In this document: in pieces, positions 19,775 to 27,149 of the stretch
Numbering within the stretch: position 1 is the stretch's first letter
Layout of the letters: each line of letters starts with the position of its first letter
Made by a program: the position numbers and the translations under genes
From: Longimicrobiales bacterium
Lineage (GTDB): Bacteria > Gemmatimonadota > Gemmatimonadetes > Longimicrobiales > Gaopeijiaceae
Reading direction: 5' to 3'
Length of the DNA: 64,000 nt
Assembly: GCA_965202985.1 (NCBI GenBank)
Contig: CBDBCF010000001.1
Location: 2,336,001 to 2,400,000 of the forward strand
The notes under the pieces: model-generated
The model's database searches: none
Told to the model about the DNA's origin: nothing
The model's input: only the letters and a program-made list of their open reading frames with translations

Positions 19775-20856
19775 TCCGCCGCGTCACGGTCCGCAACTTC
19801 AAGCGCTTCGAAGAGCAGACGTTCGAGCTTGCCGATTCGGTGGTGCTGGCGGGGCCCAACAACGCCGGAAAGTCTACCATGCTCCAAGCGATCGCGACGT
19901 GGAAGCTGGGCATGGACCGCTGGATCGCCCGGCGCGGTGCGGGAAGCGCCAGCAGCGCGGTCAAACGATCCGGCGTCCCCATCACCCGACGCGGACTGAC
20001 AGCGACGCCGCTTCGCGAGATGAACCTGCTTTGGCGCAACCGCCGAGTCGCGCGAACCAAGCAGGAAGGAGCCCCAGCGGGCACGCCCAGGCTGATCGAG
20101 ATCGTGCTGGAGGGGGGCGGGGAGGCACCATGGAAGTGCGGTTTGGAGTTCCAGTATGCGGACCCCCAGATGGTCTACGTGCGACCCCAGGGTGCAAAAC
20201 AGCTCGACCGCGAGAGCATACGCCGCTTCCCGCCGAAGCCGGCCGCCGATCTGGAAGTCGTGCACATCTCGCCGTTGGCCGGTATTCGACGGGACGAACC
20301 GCGCCTGGACAAGGGGATGCAAGACCTGCTTGTCGGTCAGGGGCAGGTTGGTGGAACGCTGCGCAACCTATTGTTGGAGGCCGCCGAGAAGGAAAACGGC
20401 GATTGGGAGGACTTGGTTGGGCACGTCCGCGACCTGTTCGGGATCGGTTTGCGGAGGCCCGTCTACTCGCCGGCCCAGCCGTACATCTTGTGCGAGTACG
20501 ATGAACCAAAGGGATCGGGTCGCCCTCTGGACTTGGCCAACGCCGGCAGCGGCACGCTTCAGGTCATCCTCCTGCTGGCCTTCCTCTACGCGCGTCCGGC
20601 ACCGGTGATGCTGCTCGACGGACCTGACGCGCACCAGCACGTCGTCCTGCAGAAGCAAGTGTACGGCCTGCTCCGCAAGGTGGCCCGGGAGCGCGGCGGG
20701 CAAGTCGTCCTGGCCACGCACTCCCAGGTCGTCCTGGATGCGACGGCCCCGGAACGCGTGCTGCACTTCTACGGCGGCCGGTATCACGCGCTGACGATGG
20801 GCGCCGACTCCCGATCCGCCGGGGATCAAGCTATGACGCGGGAGGTCGTATCGTGA
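19771..20856 (+). CDS. ABC-type (OLD/AAA_15-like) ATPase with an altered Walker B and probable C-terminal truncation
   Basis: NFKRF, Walker A GPNNAGKST, signature AGSG, Walker B LLDGPDAH (Glu replaced by Gly) and ATHS. Coupled by ATGA/GTGA overlaps on both sides. Confidence 0.8.
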   Translation: MIRRVTVRNFKRFEEQTFELADSVVLAGPNNAGKSTMLQAIATWKLGMDRWIARRGAGSASSAVKRSGVPITRRGLTATPLREMNLLWRNRRVARTKQEGAPAGTPRLIEIVLEGGGEAPWKCGLEFQYADPQMVYVRPQGAKQLDRESIRRFPPKPAADLEVVHISPLAGIRRDEPRLDKGMQDLLVGQGQVGGTLRNLLLEAAEKENGDWEDLVGHVRDLFGIGLRRPVYSPAQPYILCEYDEPKGSGRPLDLANAGSGTLQVILLLAFLYARPAPVMLLDGPDAHQHVVLQKQVYGLLRKVARERGGQVVLATHSQVVLDATAPERVLHFYGGRYHALTMGADSRSAGDQAMTREVVS

Positions 20857-23087
20857 GAGGGCGCTACAAGCTGGCGATTTCGGGCGACTTCTTGCCTGCC
20901 TTTGCGAAGTTGCCGAAAGCACAGCAACAACGGGTCCACGGACTTATCCAAAAGCTCCGGGAGAACCCCACGTCGCCGGGACTGAACTACGAACGCATAC
21001 GCAATGCGCAGAGCCCGAAGATGCGCTCCGTGCGGATCGACCAAGCCTATCGCGCGATCGTTTACGACACCGGGCAGGGTGGACTTCACCTTCTCCTCTG
21101 GGTTGCCAAGCACGACGACGCCTACGCCTGGGCCATGCGCAAGGAGTGCGCCGTCAACCCCGAGACCGGCACTGTGCAGGTGTTTGCGTCCCGGCCCGAC
21201 GACTCCGGCCAGGGCCCGGCCGCAACACCCAGCACGGCGGCGGCCCCATCGGCCCCATCGGCCCCATCGGACCCGTCCGCCTTCGACCAGCTCAAGGACC
21301 GCCAGCTTGTGCGCCTGGGCGTTCCGCAGGCAATGCTCCCGGAAGTCCGAACGGTTCACGACGACGCAGACCTCGAAGCGATGAAGGAACGCTTGCCCAA
21401 AGACGCCTACGAGTCCCTCTTCTACTTCCTGGCCGGCGATTCCTACGACAAGCTGATCCTCGAACGCGAAGCTCCCAGCGAACCGGTCGACACCAGCGAC
21501 TTCGAGGCGGCCCTGGGCCGCAGCGAATCACGCGCTCGGTTCGTCGTGGCGGACGACGATGCCGCCCTCCAGCAAGTGCTCAACGCGCCTCTGGAGCAAT
21601 GGCGGGTCTTCCTGCATCCGTCGCAACGCAGGCTGGTGGAGCGACGGTGGAACGGTCCCGTTCGCGTGCTGGGCGGCGCAGGCACGGGCAAGACCGTCGT
21701 GGCTATGCACCGGGCGCGCTGGTTGGCTCGGCGGATGGCGGACCCGGACCGCGACAGCGACGCCAGCGGAAACCGAGCGGACGGCGCACGCAAGCGCATC
21801 CTCTTCGTCACCTTTGCCCGCAACTTGGCCGCCGACATCGAGAACAACCTGCGTTCGATCTGCTCGCCCGAGGAGATGAAGCGGATCGAGGTGACCAACC
21901 TGGACCGATGGGTGGTCGCGTTCCTGCGCCGCCAAGGGTACGAGTTCCAAATCACCTACGACAAGGACCGGGACCAGCACGCACGGGCCGCGTGGGAGCG
22001 CGCCATGGCTCTTCGGGACCTCGCCTTGGACCACACCGACGCCTTCTACGCCGAGGAATGGCAGCACGTCGTCCAGGCCGCCGGCATCGGGACCGAGGAA
22101 GAGTACTTGCGCGTCTTCCGGGCGGGCCGGGGCACAAGGCTCGGCCGCAGCGCCAGGGCCAAGGTCTGGCCCGTCTTCGCAGAGTACCGGGCGCAGCTGA
22201 CGGAGCACGGGATCAAGGAAGTGGACGACGCCTACCGCGACGCAGCGGCGCTTCTCCGACGCAAACGGAACGCGCCGAGCGCGGACTACGCCGCCGTGAT
22301 CGTCGACGAAGCGCAGGACCTGGGTGCGCCTGCGTTCAAGCTGATCCGCAGCATCGTGCCGGAGGGCAAGGACGACCTGTTCGTCGTCGGGGACGGCCAC
22401 CAGCGCATCTACGGGCGGAGCAATGTCGTGTTGGGACGTTGCGGGATCAACATCCGAGGACGATCGCACAAGTTGCGGCTGGGCTACCGCACCACCGAGG
22501 AGACGCGCGCTTGGGCTGTCGACCTACTGGAAGACCGCGAGATCGACGACCTGGACGGCGGCCGGGACGACAACCGCGACTTCAAGTCTCTCACCCACGG
22601 CCCCGAGCCCAGCCTGCACCACTTCGACAACCGGAGCGCTCAGGCGAACTGGATCGCCCAGTACCTGGACAAGATGTCGCAGCGCGACGAACCGCTGCGC
22701 GGAGCCTGCATCGTCACGAGGACGCGGAACGAGCGCGACGCATTGGCCGACGGACTCGGCGACCGGGGCGTGAACGTCCACGTCTTGGAGCGCGAAGACC
22801 CGGACCCCGAACACGACGACTGCGTCCGCTTGGCGACGATGCACCGCGTGAAGGGACTGGAGTTCGACCGCGTGCTGATCGCCAGCGTCAACCGTCGCAT
22901 GGTGCCCCTCTCCAGAGCGCTCCGCAAAACGGGCGACGCTGCCGCCCGCGAGGTTGCGGAAACCGGCGAGCGCGCCCTGGTCTACGTGGCCGCCACCCGC
23001 GCCAAAAAGGAGCTGCTGGTGCTCAGCTACGGGCGCCGAAGCGAGTTCCTGGGACAGGACAACTACGCCAGCGACCTGTTCGGCTAG
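20853..23087 (+). CDS. UvrD-like SF1 helicase with an N-terminal RelE-like domain
   Basis: RelE-like N-terminus (DFLPAFAKLP...GLNYERI...SVRIDQAYRAIV), WRVFLHPSQR, GGAGTGKT, IVDEAQD, VGDGHQRIY, TMHRVKGLEF and YVAATRA. Confidence 0.9.
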   Translation: MRGRYKLAISGDFLPAFAKLPKAQQQRVHGLIQKLRENPTSPGLNYERIRNAQSPKMRSVRIDQAYRAIVYDTGQGGLHLLLWVAKHDDAYAWAMRKECAVNPETGTVQVFASRPDDSGQGPAATPSTAAAPSAPSAPSDPSAFDQLKDRQLVRLGVPQAMLPEVRTVHDDADLEAMKERLPKDAYESLFYFLAGDSYDKLILEREAPSEPVDTSDFEAALGRSESRARFVVADDDAALQQVLNAPLEQWRVFLHPSQRRLVERRWNGPVRVLGGAGTGKTVVAMHRARWLARRMADPDRDSDASGNRADGARKRILFVTFARNLAADIENNLRSICSPEEMKRIEVTNLDRWVVAFLRRQGYEFQITYDKDRDQHARAAWERAMALRDLALDHTDAFYAEEWQHVVQAAGIGTEEEYLRVFRAGRGTRLGRSARAKVWPVFAEYRAQLTEHGIKEVDDAYRDAAALLRRKRNAPSADYAAVIVDEAQDLGAPAFKLIRSIVPEGKDDLFVVGDGHQRIYGRSNVVLGRCGINIRGRSHKLRLGYRTTEETRAWAVDLLEDREIDDLDGGRDDNRDFKSLTHGPEPSLHHFDNRSAQANWIAQYLDKMSQRDEPLRGACIVTRTRNERDALADGLGDRGVNVHVLEREDPDPEHDDCVRLATMHRVKGLEFDRVLIASVNRRMVPLSRALRKTGDAAAREVAETGERALVYVAATRAKKELLVLSYGRRSEFLGQDNYASDLFG

Positions 23088-23145
23088 GCGTAGCTCATCG
23101 CGGCGACACCATGGTGCATGGCCAGGGCAACATAGCCCGAGGCCC

Positions 23146-23202
23146 GGACAGCTGGGCGTCCAAACCGGGACATCGCGACGGACATTTCAGGGGGTAGAAA
23201 TC
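23146..23202 (+). repeat. 57-bp GGACAT motif, copy 3, at the right edge of the defence island
   Basis: GGACAG-CTGGGCGTCC-AAACCG-GGACAT-CGCGAC-GGACAT-TTCAGGGGGTA-GAAATC, between convergent genes. Confidence 0.7.
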
Positions 23203-23245
23203 CGCCGACGGGTTGTCCGGCCAGCTCCCCGGACAGGCGCCGCCC

Positions 23246-25303
23246 CTACCCGTCCGTGACCGACCCTCCCCGGCCGTGCTTCTTGAACCACTCGCGCAGG
23301 TAGATCTGCGTCCGCAGGAAGTTGGACGGCATCGAACTCGTCCCGTGCCACTCGTTCTTGAAGCGGATCATGGCGGTGGGGACCTTCAGGACGCGCAGTG
23401 CCTGGTAGTACTCCTCGGTCTGGGGCATCGGCGTGCGCAGGTCGCCTTCGCCGGTCATGAGCATGGTGGGCGTGGTCACGTTGCCCACGTACATGAGGGG
23501 CGAGCGGCGCAGGTGCTCGGAGGGGTCGTCCCAGGGGAACTTCTCGAAGTTGCGGTACCAGCTGGCGCCGTCGGTGGTGCCCACGAACGACAGCCAGTTG
23601 GTGACGGGGCAGTTGGCCGAAGCCGCCGCGAAGCGGTTCGTGTGGCCCACGACCCACGACGTCAGCACGCCGCCGCCCGAGCAGCCGTACACGAACAAGT
23701 TGTCTTCGTCGATGTAGCCTTGCTCGATCACCAGGTCCACGCCGGCCATCAGGTCGTCGAAGTCCTTGCCGGGGTAGGCGTTCTTGATCGAGTTGCCGAA
23801 GGCGCTGCCGTAGCCCGACGAGCCGCGAGGGTTGGTGTAGAGCACGACGTAGCCGTTGGCGGCGTGGTTCTGCCAAGCGAAGTTGAAGCCGACGTTGTAC
23901 ATGCCGTGGGGTCCGCCGTGGATCGCCAGGATCATCGGGTACTTGCGCGACGGATCGAAGTCCGGCGGCTTGATGATCCAGCCCTGGATGTCGAAGTCCT
24001 CGACCGACTTGTACCACACTTCCTCGACTTCGCCCAACGTCACGCCTTCGAGCACGTCGTCGTTGACGCGGGTCAGGCGCGCCATGTCGTTCGGGGCGTC
24101 CAGCGCAAACGTCACCACGTCGCCGGGGTTGTGGGAGTCGGTGAGCGTGCCGGCTGCCATGCCGCCTTCAATCGACGCGACCGAGAGCATGTGCGTGCCT
24201 TCGGTGACGGGCGTCACGCCGCCGTCCACCGAGGCGAAGTGCAAGTTGCTCGTGCCTTCGCTTCGCACGTTCATGTACAAGCCGCTGCCGTCCTCCGCCC
24301 AGACCAGCCCGGAAGGCTGCCGGTCGAACCCCTGGCTGATCATGCGCGAACCCGAGCCGTCGCGGTTCATGACGTAGAGCTTGCGCGTGATGTAGGTGTC
24401 GGTCGTCAGGTCGTTGCCGGTGTAGGCGATCAGCCGGCCGTCGGGCGAAGGCAGGGGCGAACCGTCGGGGCCGGAGCGGTCGGTCAGGCGTTCGACGGCG
24501 CCGGTCGCTACGCGCACCGAATAGATGTCCGACTGGCGCCACTCGTGTTCGGCGTCTTCGACCCGCAGCGACGTGAACAGGACCTCTTCGCCGTCGGGCG
24601 TCCAGGCCACGCCTTGGTGGTTCCAGTCGCCGTCCGTGAGCTGCCTGGCCGTGCCGCCCTCCGCCGGCACCACGAACAGGTGCGTGTAGCCCTCGTCCAC
24701 GTACCCGCGACGGTCGCGGCGGTACCACAGCCGGTCCACGACCTTGGGCGCGTCGGTCCACTTGGCCCCCTCGGGCCGCCCCGGCAGGGCCACGGGCCAC
24801 GGGTCGTCCGACGGCACCGTCATGGTGAAGGCGAGGCGCGTCCCGTCGGGAGACCACTCCACGTTGGACGGGCTCTTCTGCACGCGGGTGACTTGCGTGA
24901 CCAGGCCTTCGTCGTCCATCCAGCGCACGAAGATCTGGCTGCCGCCCGGTTCGCCCTCGGCCGTGAAGGCGATGCGCGTTCCGTCCGGCGACCACTGCGG
25001 CGAGGAGCCGTCAACCAGGAAGCGCTTCTTGCTCCCGTCGGCGTTCATGATCCAGATCGAAGACGCTCGCCGGTCGTTGATCTTGTCCACCAGCGTGCGC
25101 GTGTACAGGATTTCGCTGGCGTCCGGCGACAGCTGGGGGCTCCCCACCCACTCCCAGTCCAGGTAGGTCTCCAGCTTGAGGGTGCCGTCGGGCTCGTCCT
25201 GGGCGGCGGCGGGGGATGGGGCGGCCGTGGCGGCGGCGAGCGCTGCGAGGGCTGCGACGGCGACGATGGCGGGGCGAATCGGAAGGGGGCGATCTGCGGA
25301 CAT
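23246..25303 (-). CDS. S9 family peptidase (prolyl oligopeptidase/acylaminoacyl peptidase), secreted
   Basis: Signal peptide, WSPDG propeller repeats, IHGGPH, NPRGSSGYG, nucleophile GCSGGG, GEGDLRT and EWHG. Confidence 0.92.
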   Translation of the reverse strand: MSADRPLPIRPAIVAVAALAALAAATAAPSPAAAQDEPDGTLKLETYLDWEWVGSPQLSPDASEILYTRTLVDKINDRRASSIWIMNADGSKKRFLVDGSSPQWSPDGTRIAFTAEGEPGGSQIFVRWMDDEGLVTQVTRVQKSPSNVEWSPDGTRLAFTMTVPSDDPWPVALPGRPEGAKWTDAPKVVDRLWYRRDRRGYVDEGYTHLFVVPAEGGTARQLTDGDWNHQGVAWTPDGEEVLFTSLRVEDAEHEWRQSDIYSVRVATGAVERLTDRSGPDGSPLPSPDGRLIAYTGNDLTTDTYITRKLYVMNRDGSGSRMISQGFDRQPSGLVWAEDGSGLYMNVRSEGTSNLHFASVDGGVTPVTEGTHMLSVASIEGGMAAGTLTDSHNPGDVVTFALDAPNDMARLTRVNDDVLEGVTLGEVEEVWYKSVEDFDIQGWIIKPPDFDPSRKYPMILAIHGGPHGMYNVGFNFAWQNHAANGYVVLYTNPRGSSGYGSAFGNSIKNAYPGKDFDDLMAGVDLVIEQGYIDEDNLFVYGCSGGGVLTSWVVGHTNRFAAASANCPVTNWLSFVGTTDGASWYRNFEKFPWDDPSEHLRRSPLMYVGNVTTPTMLMTGEGDLRTPMPQTEEYYQALRVLKVPTAMIRFKNEWHGTSSMPSNFLRTQIYLREWFKKHGRGGSVTDG

Positions 25304-25479
25304 GGGGCCTCCAAGGCGTGCGAGTTGCGGAACCGGGCGGGAACGTACGGCGCGTGGCGGGAGGGGCGCAAGCGGGCGCGGCCTGGCGACAAGATCGGGC
25401 AGGGCGACACGCCCAAGCCGAGCGACAAGCCTAGGCCGAGCAGGCCCAGCCGGGCCGCCAGCCCGACGACCGTGAAGGC

Positions 25480-27087
25480 TCACATGCCCCACACGACGAC
25501 ATCGGTTCCGTTCTCGGACGTTCGCTCCCACCGAAAGACCTTCTCGTCCCAGCTGCGGCCTTCCCGGCGGTCGAAGACGATCAGGTGTCCAGCCTCCGCG
25601 CCGCACTTGTCCATGTAGCCCGCCGTCTGCTCCACGCCCTCCGCCACCGTTCGTTCCACGCCCTTGTGCAACACCTTGCACTCCGTCACGTACTTGCGCG
25701 GGACCTTGCCGGGCTGCGGCTGCGGGTCCGGGTCGCCGCTCTGCGGCCATTCGACGAGCAGGTCCGTGCGACCCCGGCCCAGTCCGTACTCCCGCTCGAT
25801 CCGCCCGCCGCTGTTCACGATCCGCTGCAAGAACGCCTGCAACAGCAGCTGCGGACCGGCTTCCTTGTACTGGAAGCGCTCCACCCAGTGCTCCGAGTGC
25901 TCGCGGAAGAAGCTTTGGAACGCCGACAGCAGTTTGTCCATCGCCAGACCCCCGTCGGCTTCCACGTACCAAGTCGGGTCCTGCGGAAGCTCGTCCTGCG
26001 CCACCCACGTCAGTTCCCGGGGCACGACCTCGGCGTAGATCGGATTGGCGATGCGAAGCGGCGCGTCCCAGGCCACCAATCCTAGGTCGCGGACGTACTC
26101 GATGTCCCGAGCCGACGAACGGGTACGGTCGGCCCCGGTCAGCAGCGGCTCCACCACCCGGCGCACGCGCTCCTCGCGCAACTTGTCCGCCAGCTGGTCC
26201 AGATGCGTTTCCCGGCGCGCGATCAGCGCCTCTTGGGCTGCCGCAATGTCGGATTTGGACACGGGTCGGGTTCGGTCTGCCGCCGCCCTACCCTCGATGC
26301 AAGCCTCGTAGGCCAGCGCGTTCACCAGCCACGGCTGGCCCACGCTTCGGCGCCACACTGCTTCCATAGCCTCTTCCGCGAACGGCTGGCCGGTCTCGTC
26401 GGTATGCTGGGCCAGCAAGGCGCGCACTTCGGCCTTGCAGAAGTCGTTTAGTCGGAGAGACCTGGCCTTGACGTTGAACGCGCTGCCGCCCGCGACGACG
26501 GCGTTGGCGGAGGCCGAGTGGATGCGGTAGTCGCGCACGTCGCGGACGCCGCAGAGGATCACGCTCTGGGGAAAGTCGGCGGGACGCAGGTCGTAGCCCG
26601 CGCGCAGCTGCCGCAACACCGACAGCAGCGCGTCGCCCACAAGGGAGTCGATCTCGTCGATCAGAAACACGAGCGGCTTCGGGTGCGACCGGCACCAGGT
26701 CGTCAGCGCTTCGGTCAGGGCGCTGGTGGGACCGTGCTTCGCAAGGATGCCGGGCCAGAGATCGTTCAGGCTGTCGTCGCCCAAAGTCAGGCGCGCCCTC
26801 CGCGCGATCTCGCTCAGCACGGTGCGCATCGCCTGCTCCACGTCTTCGCGGGCCGCTTGCGCACCCTCGACGTTGACGTAGAGGCAGCGGTGGCGCCCTT
26901 CGGCGTTCAGCAGGTCCCGCAACGCCAAGAGGGCCGATGTCTTGCCCGTCTGGCGCGGCGCGCAAAGCACGAAGTAGCGCTTTTCTAGGATCATGCGACG
27001 CACTTGGCCCAGGTCGATGCGATCGAGGGGCGGGATGTGATAGTGGTCCGCAGGCGCCACCGGGCCGGTCGTGTTGAAGAATCGCAT
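25480..27087 (-). CDS. AAA-family ATPase with a C-terminal PD-(D/E)XK-like domain
   Basis: MRFFNTTGP, APRQTGKTS, LIDEIDSL, GQPWLVNAL and C-terminal IEREYGLGRGRTDL...ECK. Confidence 0.85.
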   Translation of the reverse strand: MRFFNTTGPVAPADHYHIPPLDRIDLGQVRRMILEKRYFVLCAPRQTGKTSALLALRDLLNAEGRHRCLYVNVEGAQAAREDVEQAMRTVLSEIARRARLTLGDDSLNDLWPGILAKHGPTSALTEALTTWCRSHPKPLVFLIDEIDSLVGDALLSVLRQLRAGYDLRPADFPQSVILCGVRDVRDYRIHSASANAVVAGGSAFNVKARSLRLNDFCKAEVRALLAQHTDETGQPFAEEAMEAVWRRSVGQPWLVNALAYEACIEGRAAADRTRPVSKSDIAAAQEALIARRETHLDQLADKLREERVRRVVEPLLTGADRTRSSARDIEYVRDLGLVAWDAPLRIANPIYAEVVPRELTWVAQDELPQDPTWYVEADGGLAMDKLLSAFQSFFREHSEHWVERFQYKEAGPQLLLQAFLQRIVNSGGRIEREYGLGRGRTDLLVEWPQSGDPDPQPQPGKVPRKYVTECKVLHKGVERTVAEGVEQTAGYMDKCGAEAGHLIVFDRREGRSWDEKVFRWERTSENGTDVVVWGM

Positions 27088-27149
27088 GGGGCAACTTGGC
27101 CGAGGGCTGGGCTGCGTTGCAAAAAGCGGGTCGCCGACTTCGATTGGCC

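Noticed and set aside
25380..25470. Degenerate ~18-bp GCGACA repeats between the AAA gene and the S9 peptidase
   Set aside because: Too degenerate and GC-rich to separate from the general slippage repeats of this genome.
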